Below are positions 30,545 through 40,900 of a stretch of DNA of 64,000 bases, piece by piece. The position numbers were made by a program, and so were the translations under genes. How positions within the stretch are numbered: the first letter of the stretch is position 1; each line of letters opens with the position of its first letter. The notes beneath the pieces were generated by a model. That model did not search any database. It was not told the origin of the DNA and saw nothing but the letters and a program-made list of their open reading frames with translations. This DNA is from Hormoscilla sp. Its GTDB lineage: Bacteria; Cyanobacteriota; Cyanobacteriia; Cyanobacteriales; Desertifilaceae. The DNA lies in contig JBFRWI010000228.1 in the NCBI GenBank assembly GCA_051439505.1, forward strand, positions 1-64,000, written 5' to 3'.

Positions 30545-33500
30545 CTAGGCATTGAGGTAGCCTGATAGTTTGTTAGCTAGACTCTGGACATGAGGCTTCC
30601 GGATGATTGCGTAATGATCGCTGGGGATCCGATGGACTTCGAGATCTTCAGGCAAGAGTTCACCCCAGATGAATTCAGGAGTGGGTTCCACATCGCCCTG
30701 GCTAGCACTAAAGAATACCAGTTGACCGGGATATGGATTGGGGATGTAGCTATATAAGGCCTGGTTATTAGCTTTAAAGACCTGCAATAGCTGATGCATC
30801 TGCTGCGGACTCACTTCTGGGGGTAAGACACCCAGTTGTTTCGCTTGTTTTAAGATGTGATTCAATTGTTCCCCTGGAGGTATCTGTCGCAGTTCATCAA
30901 CTGCTATTGATAAATCTTTTCCAACAATAGCGCCAAAATCTTGGGCGACATAGACCCAAAACGTCGCATCATCAATAGTTTCTGGCTTATTGATAGAGTT
31001 GGGGTATGGGCTATCTACCATAGCTAGTAACCCAATTTCTTCGCCTTTTTGGGATAACTGCTGAGCGATCTCAAACGCAATAATTCCTCCCAAAGACCAG
31101 CCGCCAAGTTGGTACGGACCTTCAGACTGAATGGTTCGTATGGCATCAAGGTAGTAAGTAGCCATCTCCTCAATGCGGGTAAACGGTTTACACTCTCCAT
31201 TGAGCCCGGCAGCTTGCAAACCGTAAAAGGGTTGTTCCTCACCCAGACAAAGGGCTAAATCGAGATAACACATCACATGGCCACCAATTGGGTGGACAAA
31301 GAAGAGGGGAGGCCGTTCACCAGAAGGCTGAATGGCTACTAAGGGAGATAAACCTTGAGAATCGGTGTGCTTCTGGAGAACACTAGCTAGGTGTTCAATC
31401 GTTGAGCCTTGTAAGAATGTCGCTAAAGGGAGATTTTTCCCAAAGTGTTGCTGAATTCGAGCCATCAAGCGCATGGCAGCAAAAGAGTGACCGCCAAGGT
31501 CAAAGAAGTTGTCTTGCATGTCAATCGGGTGGATACCCAAAATTTCTGACCAGATGAGTGATAGCTGGAGTTCTAAAGTGTTACGGGGCAGGATAAGGTT
31601 TGCTTCCTCAGAAGAATGGGATATCTCTGGTTTTGGCAGAGAGGGGCGGTCTACCTTGCCATTGGAGGTTAAGGGTAGAACCTCTAGCAGCATAATGATG
31701 GAAGGTACCATGTACTGGGGTAATTTCTCTGCCAGAAAATCCTGTAATTCATGGGGTGTGGGTTCAAACTCAGCGCTGGGAACAACGTAAGCTACCAGGC
31801 TCTTTTCCGCTTGTCGATCCCCCCCCACCGCCGTAACCACCGCCGCTTGCACAGCAGGATGAAGCAGTAGGGTCGTTTCAATTTCTCCACACTCGATGCG
31901 GTAACCTTGAACCTTAACTTGAAAATCTTTTCGGCCCAGAAACTCGATATTGCCATCAGGCAAATATCGACCCAAGTCACCCGTGCGGTACAATCGCTCA
32001 CCAGTCTTTGGATGGATGATAAAATTAGCGTGGGTCTTTTCTTCATTTTTCCAGTAGCCTTTGGCTAGTCCCACGCCTCCGATGTAGAGTTGCCCCGATA
32101 CCCAAGTGGGACAGAGTTCTAGTGTTTTATTGTACAGGTAGAACTGTTGATTGGTCATGGGCCGACCATAGGGAATACTCGTCCAGGTTTGCTCTACCCT
32201 GTCGATGGGATAGAGAATCGACCAGATCGAGACCTCAGTTGCTCCGCCAAGGCTGATGATCTGGACCCTGTCAATCAAAGTTTGAATTTGAGGGGGTAAG
32301 GTCAGCGGGATCCAATCTCCACTCAGCATTACCAATCGCAAGGAGGAGGGAGAAATCTGGGTGGAGGTTGCCTGTTCTACCAGTAGCTGCATCAAGGCCG
32401 GGACGGAGTTCCAAACCGTAACCTGGTGTTGTTGAATGAGATTCAACCAGTGCGAAGGTTCTTTGGTTCCTGAAGCATCGGGAAGAACAATTGTTCCGCC
32501 AGCGGCTAGGGTGCCAAAGATATCGTAAACTGACAGGTCAAAGCTAAGGGAAGAAAGAGCTAGCACCTTGTCTTTGGGTCCAACACCAAAGCGTTGGTTA
32601 ACGTCAACAATAGTATTGACTGCCCCGCGATGGTCAATCATCACTCCTTTCGGCAAACCAGTGGATCCGGAAGTATAGATGACATAAGCTAAATCTTCTG
32701 CTTGCTGCACGGATTCTGAGAATTGGATCTCCTCAGCATTGGCTTTTCTGGCAGTATCTACGTCAATTCTTTGCACATCCTCTGGCCACTCCAAAGCTTC
32801 CTCAAGCCAGGATTGGGTCAGTACCAGTTGCACTTCACTTTGCCTCAGTAGCTGCCAACGACGCTCTTGAGGAAGCGCGGGATCGATGGGAACATAAGCA
32901 GCACCCGCCATGAGAATAGCTAGAACTCCAACCACTTGCTCCCATCCCTTTTCCATCACCACAGCGACCAACTGGTTAGGACATGCTCCTAGCTGTCGCA
33001 GTTGACCGTTGAGCTGATGTGCTCGCAGATGCAGGTCTTGATAGGTCAGAGTCGCTGTTGATGAGACAACAGCGGGTTGCTCTGGTCGTTTTGATACCTG
33101 GGTGATAAACAAGGTGTGGAGTAACTTCTCCTCCCTCGGTGCATAGGTAGCATTGATGAAGGCTTGTTGCTTTAATTGGGCAAGGGGAACCAATTGGGGT
33201 GATATCTCTTGCCAGGTCTGTGCCGATGAAGCTAGCCGATGGAGAAAATGGAGATAGGAATCAAACATATCCTCTACTAACCCTGTCGGGAACAGCTCCT
33301 TCACAAAATCCCAGTTCACAACCACAGTCCCATCCATATCCTCAAAAACCTGATGATCCAGGAAGACTTGGGGGGTTAGGAGGCTGCCATAGACCCAATT
33401 CAACTCCAAAGAATTCGCTACCTGATCTTGGCTTCGAGGGGTGTCGTTGACCAGAAAACTAGAGAAGACAATTGGCATTGCTGCTCTAGAAGGATTACTC

Positions 33501-36500
33501 TGCGCTCGGTTGAGTTCTCGCATGACTTGAACACCACTGACAAGATTGTGTTCCAGGTCATCAGAGAGTTGTTGTTGAAGCCGCTTGGCTTTGACTTCAA
33601 AGGGGACCGCCATTGAGTTGTCAACCTCTAGCAATATGGTGGAGCTAAAGTTGCCTAGGATCTGGTTAACTTGAGGATGTAATGGCAGGCGATTGAAATA
33701 CAGGATGTTAATGGCAAAGTGAGAGCGCTGACCCCATACGGTTAACATCTCGGCATAAGCTGTGCAGAATAGAGTAGAGGGGGTTAGACCCGCTTGATTA
33801 GCTCTGGTTTTCAGCTGAAGCCATGTTTCTCTGTCCAATTTGCTACTCAAGCGAGCAAATCTATGCTGTGCTATTGTTTCAGGCTGTTTAGCTAGCGGCA
33901 ACTCTGGGGCAGGCGGTAGTGTAGGTATCCGGCTTTGCCAATAGTCAAGGTCTCGCTGGAATCGTGTTGAGTTTTGCCAAGTCTCCTTAGCTAAGACGTA
34001 ATCTCGGAATGAAAGCACTAGGGACGGCAGGGGCGCTTGGGGATTTTCGTAGAGTTTAAGCAATTCTCGGATTAGGATACGTGAGCTCCAGCCATCGAAC
34101 AGCAATAGATCCCGGCTGAAGTGAAGTCGAACTGCACGATCGGAGATCAGAGTTACCCGTAACTCAAACAATGGCCATTGGTTGGCCTGAAACTTTCGCT
34201 GGGACATCTGCTGACGAATACTTTCTATCTGCGCAGTGATAGCTTTCCACTCCTGTCCCCGCAAGTCCAGGAGCCGAATTTCGTAAAAATCGACCTGTTT
34301 AAGAACCTGCTGCTGACCGTCAGGCAACACCACGGTCCGCAGCGTGTCATGACGCTCAATTAATTTCTGCCAAACCCAGTTCAACCGTTCTAGGTTTAAA
34401 TCTGGGCTTTCAAACTCCATATAAGAAATACTTGCGACACTCAGCGCAAAGCCGCCCATTCGTCCAATCCAGTAGGCCTGCTGTATATCGTAGAGAGGAA
34501 AAGGTTGGTAGCGTTGCTCGGGTGCAGGAATAATTTCTGGTAGTAGAGTAATTGCATCAGCCTTGTCCCCTTCAGCCTCCTCCTGGATTGCCTCAATGGA
34601 CTTTGCTAAACTTGCTACAGTTGGTGACTCGAACAAGCAACGCACAGACAGTTCCACAGAAAGAGCGTCCCGCACCTGGGAGATGATTTGAGGAATAAGT
34701 AGGGAATGTCCCCCGAGTTCAAAGAGGCTATCGTGGATCCCAACTTGTTCTAACCCCAACACCTCAGCCCACAGAGCAGCCAATACCTGTTCCGTGGGGG
34801 TACTGGGCGGAACAAAGTTAGCGGACTGCCAGAGACTGAGCGTGTCGGGTGCAGGCAAGCTACGTCGGTCTACTTTACCGTTAGGCGTTAAGGGGATTTT
34901 TTCCAGAAACACCATGCCTGCTGGCATCATGTATTCAGGCAGCTTCTGCCGGAGGAAAAAGCGTAGGGTGTTGGGAGTTAATTGCTCCTGATTGGTGACT
35001 ATATAAGCAACGAGATTTTTGTCACCGGGGTGGGGGTAGTCGGTCTGAGCTAGGACTAGGGCCTTTTGCACGTCTGGATGGTGTTCTAACGCAGTCTCAA
35101 TCTCCCCAGGTTCAATGCGGACTCCTCGGATTTTGACCTGATGATCCAGACGGCCCAGAATTTCTAGAGAGCCATCCGAACGATAGCGTCCGCGATCGCC
35201 TGTCAGGTAGATCAAATCTTTCTCGTCGTTCCGAAAAGGATTCTTGACAAACCGCTGGTTCTCTTCTTCAGAAGCATTGATATACCCTAAACTTCTGAAG
35301 AAAGTCCGCACGGCAATTTCCCCCGGTTCGCCTACCCCACACAATCGACGATCGGAGCCTAACACCAGGGCTTGAGTGTCGGGTAGGGGAAAGCCGATCG
35401 GCTGTATTCCTGAAGAACTCTCGATCGGCACTCGGTAGTAGCACTTTGCCAGGGTTGTCTCTGTGGGGCCATAAAGATTAACAATGTTACCGCCTTCTGA
35501 GAACGCCTTGCGCCAGCGACGTACCAGGACTTCACTGAGGGGCTCTCCAGCAAAAAATACCCAGCGTAAAGAGCATAGAGAGAGATCGGGAGGCACATTG
35601 GCTAACCACGATTGGACCAGAGTAGGAACTGTGTGGAGCACCGAAATCCGTTGATGCTCCAACCAGGGTAAAATGCAAGTCGGTGAGAGAGTATCCTCCA
35701 GAGCTGGTAAACAAAGGGTGGCCCCACTGGTCAAAGGGAGGAAGATATCTCTGAGAACGACATCAAAAGAGAGTCCTGTCAGTTGGGCACAACGATCGTG
35801 GGGTCCAATGGCAAAGGTCTTTTGCTGCCAGTTGAGAAAGTGAGATAGCCCTTTGTGACACCCTAATACCCCCTTAGGAACACCTGTGGTCCCGGAAGTA
35901 AAGAATATGTAAGCAGCATCATTAGGGGAAATCAGGGGGAGGGAGTGAGGAAGAGGGAACGGGGAGAGCATTCCCCTCCCTTGGCCAGTGTCTGGGTCGA
36001 TGAGAATGATTTCGAGATCCTCCCATAGACCTTCATGCTCTGGCAGCTGCCCACCAATGTACAATAAGCGTTGAGCTTTGGCTTCCGAGAGCATGAGTTG
36101 CTGCCGCTGGGGGGGTAGGTTTGGATCGAGTGTCAGGAGAACACCACCACAACTGAGCACACCTAGCATACTGACAATCAACCCGAAGCTGCGTAGACCT
36201 GATATGGCAACAACCTCTCCCGGTTTAACTCCAAGAGTAACGAGAGTCTGGGCTAGGGTCTGAGCACTTTGGGCGAGTTCGCTATATGTCCAGGATTGCT
36301 CTCCTTGACACAGGGCTGTTTGGTGGGGAGTACCCTTGGCCCAAGTCCTGAATAACGTGGGAACTGGTTCATAGTAGGGTTCCTGTAGAGGCGCACTGGG
36401 GTCAGGCAGGAATCCTTGGGAAACTGATGTTACTAGAGAGTAGTCCTGGATAGGGCGATCTGGGGTGGCAATAATTTGCTCCAGCAGATATTGAAATTGC

Positions 36501-37867
36501 TGCAAAAAACAGGCCATAAATTCCGCTGAAAATAGAGCCTGCTGATACACCAACTCCAAACTTAATTGCCCTGAGTCTTCTCTCACATAGAGGGTTATGG
36601 CAAATTTTGACTGAGGATCCGTTTGCTCAAGGAGGAGAGTAAGGGTGAGTCCTGATAGCTCAATATCCTTCTTGGGAGTATTGACGAAATTGAGCATGAC
36701 ATCGAAGATCGGGTTCCGGCTCAAATCTCGTTCTGGCTGTAGGACTTCAACTAGTTTTTCAAAAGGCAAGTCTTGATGAGCATAGGCTTCTAAGGTTATT
36801 TCCCGAACCCGACTGAGCAATTCCCGAAAACTGGGGTTGCCGGAAAGATTTGTTCGGATTGCCAGGGAATTCAGGAATAACCCAATCAGTTCTTCGGTTT
36901 CTCTCTGATGGCGACCAGCGATAGGGGTTCCGACGATGATGTCTTCTTGTCCGCAATAGCGAGACAGCAATATCTGAAAGGCTGCCAGGAGGGTCATGAA
37001 CGGGGTAGCTTCTTCCTCCCTGCTCAGGCGTTTCATAGCCTCCGTTAGAGGCTGAGGCAGCACCAGGAGTAGCCTCGCTCCCTGGAAAGTTTGTTCGGCT
37101 GGTCGAGGGTAAGTGGTGAGAAGTTCCAGGACAGGAGCACTAGCTAGTTGCTGCTTCCAGTAAGTCAGCTGCACGTTCAGAATTTCTCCCTGCAACCACT
37201 GTCGTTGCCAATGGACGAAGTCTGCATACTGAATGGACAGCTCAGGTAACGGTGAAGGCTGACCGGTAGAGAAGGCTTCGTAAAGCGCCCCGAGTTCCTT
37301 GACGAGCACTTTCATAGACCAACCATCGCTGATGATATGGTGCATTGTTAGCAGCAGCACATGCTCCCCTTCGGTCAGTTGTAGCAGGGTAACTCGCAGT
37401 AAGGCTCCATGGGTCAAGTCGAAGGGTTTTTCGGCTTCCTCAGTCGCCAACCGTTGAATTTCCTTAGACTGCTCAATTTCTAGCAACTGCCGCAAGTCCA
37501 CCACTGGTAGCGTCAAAGTGAGGCTGGGAGCAATGATCTGGAAGGGTTGGCCATTGACAGTTGCAAAGGTGGTTCGCAAGGTTTCATGGCGCCTCACGAT
37601 CTCATTGAAACTCTGTTCCAGCGCGACCAGGTTGAGGAGACCTCTCAGATGAACTGCTACAGGGATGTTGTAAGAGGGATTGCCAGACTCCAACCGATCT
37701 AGAAACCACAATCTTTGCTGAGCAAAGGAGAGAGGAAAAGAGTTAAACTCACTCCCTTCTTCCTCAAGTAACTTCTCAAGAAGCTCTCTTTTTTCTGGAG
37801 AGAGCATAGCAATCCGTTCAGAATAATCATTCATCGTTGTCAAGTTCCTAAGTTCCTCAATTGGCAT
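30545..37867 (-). CDS. NRPS: C-A-PCP-Cy-A(Cys)-PCP-TE
   Basis: HHIISDGWS; GGHSLL; Cy motifs PFPLYDIQQAYWIGR and DLLLFDGWS; Cys-type code DLYNMSLIWK; GWSLG thioesterase; alternative start 37834. Confidence 0.93.
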   Translation of the reverse strand: MPIEELRNLTTMNDYSERIAMLSPEKRELLEKLLEEEGSEFNSFPLSFAQQRLWFLDRLESGNPSYNIPVAVHLRGLLNLVALEQSFNEIVRRHETLRTTFATVNGQPFQIIAPSLTLTLPVVDLRQLLEIEQSKEIQRLATEEAEKPFDLTHGALLRVTLLQLTEGEHVLLLTMHHIISDGWSMKVLVKELGALYEAFSTGQPSPLPELSIQYADFVHWQRQWLQGEILNVQLTYWKQQLASAPVLELLTTYPRPAEQTFQGARLLLVLPQPLTEAMKRLSREEEATPFMTLLAAFQILLSRYCGQEDIIVGTPIAGRHQRETEELIGLFLNSLAIRTNLSGNPSFRELLSRVREITLEAYAHQDLPFEKLVEVLQPERDLSRNPIFDVMLNFVNTPKKDIELSGLTLTLLLEQTDPQSKFAITLYVREDSGQLSLELVYQQALFSAEFMACFLQQFQYLLEQIIATPDRPIQDYSLVTSVSQGFLPDPSAPLQEPYYEPVPTLFRTWAKGTPHQTALCQGEQSWTYSELAQSAQTLAQTLVTLGVKPGEVVAISGLRSFGLIVSMLGVLSCGGVLLTLDPNLPPQRQQLMLSEAKAQRLLYIGGQLPEHEGLWEDLEIILIDPDTGQGRGMLSPFPLPHSLPLISPNDAAYIFFTSGTTGVPKGVLGCHKGLSHFLNWQQKTFAIGPHDRCAQLTGLSFDVVLRDIFLPLTSGATLCLPALEDTLSPTCILPWLEHQRISVLHTVPTLVQSWLANVPPDLSLCSLRWVFFAGEPLSEVLVRRWRKAFSEGGNIVNLYGPTETTLAKCYYRVPIESSSGIQPIGFPLPDTQALVLGSDRRLCGVGEPGEIAVRTFFRSLGYINASEEENQRFVKNPFRNDEKDLIYLTGDRGRYRSDGSLEILGRLDHQVKIRGVRIEPGEIETALEHHPDVQKALVLAQTDYPHPGDKNLVAYIVTNQEQLTPNTLRFFLRQKLPEYMMPAGMVFLEKIPLTPNGKVDRRSLPAPDTLSLWQSANFVPPSTPTEQVLAALWAEVLGLEQVGIHDSLFELGGHSLLIPQIISQVRDALSVELSVRCLFESPTVASLAKSIEAIQEEAEGDKADAITLLPEIIPAPEQRYQPFPLYDIQQAYWIGRMGGFALSVASISYMEFESPDLNLERLNWVWQKLIERHDTLRTVVLPDGQQQVLKQVDFYEIRLLDLRGQEWKAITAQIESIRQQMSQRKFQANQWPLFELRVTLISDRAVRLHFSRDLLLFDGWSSRILIRELLKLYENPQAPLPSLVLSFRDYVLAKETWQNSTRFQRDLDYWQSRIPTLPPAPELPLAKQPETIAQHRFARLSSKLDRETWLQLKTRANQAGLTPSTLFCTAYAEMLTVWGQRSHFAINILYFNRLPLHPQVNQILGNFSSTILLEVDNSMAVPFEVKAKRLQQQLSDDLEHNLVSGVQVMRELNRAQSNPSRAAMPIVFSSFLVNDTPRSQDQVANSLELNWVYGSLLTPQVFLDHQVFEDMDGTVVVNWDFVKELFPTGLVEDMFDSYLHFLHRLASSAQTWQEISPQLVPLAQLKQQAFINATYAPREEKLLHTLFITQVSKRPEQPAVVSSTATLTYQDLHLRAHQLNGQLRQLGACPNQLVAVVMEKGWEQVVGVLAILMAGAAYVPIDPALPQERRWQLLRQSEVQLVLTQSWLEEALEWPEDVQRIDVDTARKANAEEIQFSESVQQAEDLAYVIYTSGSTGLPKGVMIDHRGAVNTIVDVNQRFGVGPKDKVLALSSLSFDLSVYDIFGTLAAGGTIVLPDASGTKEPSHWLNLIQQHQVTVWNSVPALMQLLVEQATSTQISPSSLRLVMLSGDWIPLTLPPQIQTLIDRVQIISLGGATEVSIWSILYPIDRVEQTWTSIPYGRPMTNQQFYLYNKTLELCPTWVSGQLYIGGVGLAKGYWKNEEKTHANFIIHPKTGERLYRTGDLGRYLPDGNIEFLGRKDFQVKVQGYRIECGEIETTLLLHPAVQAAVVTAVGGDRQAEKSLVAYVVPSAEFEPTPHELQDFLAEKLPQYMVPSIIMLLEVLPLTSNGKVDRPSLPKPEISHSSEEANLILPRNTLELQLSLIWSEILGIHPIDMQDNFFDLGGHSFAAMRLMARIQQHFGKNLPLATFLQGSTIEHLASVLQKHTDSQGLSPLVAIQPSGERPPLFFVHPIGGHVMCYLDLALCLGEEQPFYGLQAAGLNGECKPFTRIEEMATYYLDAIRTIQSEGPYQLGGWSLGGIIAFEIAQQLSQKGEEIGLLAMVDSPYPNSINKPETIDDATFWVYVAQDFGAIVGKDLSIAVDELRQIPPGEQLNHILKQAKQLGVLPPEVSPQQMHQLLQVFKANNQALYSYIPNPYPGQLVFFSASQGDVEPTPEFIWGELLPEDLEVHRIPSDHYAIIRKPHVQSLANKLSGYLNA

Positions 37868-37881
37868 ATCTATCTATGACT

Positions 37882-37978
37882 GGCTACCAACTTAATACGG
37901 GACAAATCCGCCTCAGTGATTGGCATCTGTGGGCTGGAAGCCTTGCAAAGTGGGCTATCCCGGCTTAAGTTTGCAGCC
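37882..37978. mobile_element. MITE family B (TIR GGCT(A/G)C(C/A)AACTTAA) between the NRPS genes
   Basis: GGCTACCAACTTAA ... TTAAGTTTGCAGCC; flanks CTATGACT / CTATGACC; inverted truncated copy at 43389-43451. Confidence 0.75.
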
Positions 37979-37989
37979 CTATGACCCTG

Positions 37990-40900
37990 CTATTCACTCT
38001 TTTCTCCACGCAGGATATTTTTGGCCTCGTTGTCTGAAAGTTGTTCCAGCTTTGCTAAGAGTTGATCGAAATTTTTAGTTCCTCGGGATACAGCTTGAAT
38101 CTTTGTCATATTTCCACCTTTCTGTATAGCTTGACTTTTTTCAATTACCAAAGCCTGGGCAGCTACTGTAGGGGCTTCAAATATCTCCCGCAAGGGTAGC
38201 TCCACCTGAAAGGCTTCGCGCACCCGAGAGAGCACTTGGGTGACTAGTAGAGAGTATCCTCCCAGCTTGAAGAAGTTGTCGTGAATGCCCACCCTCTCTA
38301 TACCCAGGACTTCAGCCCAGATTCGGGCTATCTCCTCCTCGACCGGAGTACGAGGTGCTACAAATATCCCTTCGAGCTCGGACTGACTTGCTCGATCGGG
38401 GACAGGCAGAGCTCGGCGGTCTATCTTCCCGTTGGGGGTCAGTGGCATTACCTCCAGACTTACAAAAGCAGTGGGTACCATGTAGTCCGGAAGCTTTTTC
38501 TTGAGGAAGGGGCGTAGTTCACTGGGAGGGAGACCTCGTGAAGGGTTCGATGGAACGACGTAGGCGACAATGCGCTTGTCGTCTGCTCGGTCTTCCCGGA
38601 CAATCACAATGGCATCCCTCACCTCGGGGTGCTGACCCAATAAAGCTTCAACTTCTCCGAGTTCGATACGAAAACCACGAATCTTCACCTGATGATCGAT
38701 CCGGCCCAGAAACTCAATGTTGCCATCTGGAAGATAGCGGGCGAGATCGCCAGTTTTATACAGGCGTGCTCCAGGTTTGTCAATAAAGGGATTAGAGATA
38801 AATTTTTCCTGAGTCAATTCTGGGCGGTTCAGATAGCCCCGTGCCAGACCAGCGCCACCAATGTGCAGTTCGCCTATAACGCCAATGGGGACGGGTTGGA
38901 GATAGTCATCCAAAATGTAGATTTGTGTGTTGGTAATTGGGCGGCCAATAGTTGGGTGCCTACGGTATCCTTTCTCTACTAGGGCAAACGTGGAGTAGGT
39001 GGTGTCTTCAGAAGGTCCGTAAAGATTGAAAACCTGCCCGATCGTATCCTTCTGATAAAGCTGCTGTACTAGCCGATTTTGAAGTGGTTCACCGGCCAAG
39101 TTTACCGTACACGCCGAGGTAGGTATACCATTAATTCTCAATAACTCAGCGATTGCGGAGGGAACAGTATTGATCAGGGTGACATACTGAGCTGCCGATA
39201 AGGTAATCAGGTGCAACGTATTCTCGGCGAGAATAGTCTTTCCGCCCCAACTCAGAGGGACAAACAGCTCAAAGACCGAGAGGTCAAAACAAATAGAGGT
39301 TGAAGCCAAAACACCAGCCAGTTGTTCGGTAGTAAAGACCCCTCGGGCCCAATGACACAGGGCAACTGTACTTTGATGTTGGATCGCCACTCCTTTAGGC
39401 TTGCCTGTGGAGCCAGAGGTGTAGAGAGTGTAGGCCAAGTTTGTTGGCTCAACGTCACTGACAGGATTCCCTTCAGGTTTCCAAGCGATCGCCTCCCAGT
39501 CTGCATCTAAACAGACTACCTTTGCCCAATGCTCAGGCAACTCGGACACCAACTTCTGTTGGGTCAACAGCACTGGCACCTGGGAATCAGACAGCATGAA
39601 GGCTAAGCGCTCTTTTGGATAAGCTGGGTCCAATGGTACATACGCCCCACCCGCCTTGAGAATGCCAAGCAACCCCACCACCATCTCTAGGGAGCGTTCC
39701 ATGCAAATGCCCACTAACACTTCCGGTCCGACCCCTAGGATTTGCAGATGGTGTGCCAGTTGATTGGCTCTGGCGTTCAGCTCCCGGTAGGTCCACTGCT
39801 GGTTTTCAAAGACGACTGCAACGGCTTCTGGAATCCGCTCCACCTGAGCTTCAAACAGTTGATGAATACATCGATTTTGCGGATAGGCAACTGGAGGGTT
39901 GTTCCACTCAACCAACAACTGGTGGCGCTCAGGAGAGGTCAGCAGGGGTAACGTTGAAACTTGCTGCTGGGGATTGACGACAATTGCATCTAGTAACGTC
40001 TGAAAATGCCCTACCATCCGGTGAATGGTGGCTGCCTCAAACAGCTCCGTGTTATACACAAACGACGCCGCTATCCCGCCATCCCTCTCAGCCGTCCTTA
40101 GGGTCAGGTCGAACTGAGCGACTCGCTGCTCTAGAGCCCAAGACTCTAATTCCAGTTCCCCCAGATTTAGCCGCGCTCCCGATTCCCCTAATGCCAACTG
40201 GGTCAGGCCCTGTTCATCGAGCAAATGGGCCTTGTGCAAGATGAACATGACTTGGAATAACGGTGAGCGACTCAGATCCCGAACTGGCTGTAGTCCCTCG
40301 ACCAAGAGGGCAAAGGGGTAGTCCTGATGCTTAAAGGCTTCCAGCACGGAGGAACGTACCCGATCCAAAAACACCTCAAAGCTCGGATTTCCTGATAGAT
40401 CTGCTCGCAGAATTACTGGATTGACGAAGTAGCCCACTAACCCAGCTAACTCGGCCCGATTTCTGCCTGCTGTAGGGGATCCAACCAGAATATCTTCTTG
40501 ACCTGTGTAGCGGTGGAGCAGTACCTGAAAGGCAGCTAGCAGGGTCATGTAAAGGGTTGCTCTATGGTCACGACCTAGAGCTTTAAGCTTCTGGGTCAAC
40601 TCCATGCTGAGCTTGAAAGGCACAGAAGCCCCTCGATAGGTTTGGACTGGTGGTCGAGGTCGGTCTGTGGGGAGATTCAGCACGGGTAACTCCCCTGCCA
40701 ACTGCTTGTGCCAGTAAGCCCATAGCCGTTCTCCTTCTGGACTTGCCAACCTCTTTGATTGCCAGTAGGCATAATCCGTGTATTGGAGTGCTAATGGCTC
40801 CAGAGCAGGGGTTCCCCCCGTCTTTTCTGCCTGATATAAAATGCTCAGCTCCTTCACCAACACGGCTAGAGACCAGAAGTCAACCACGATGTGGTGCATT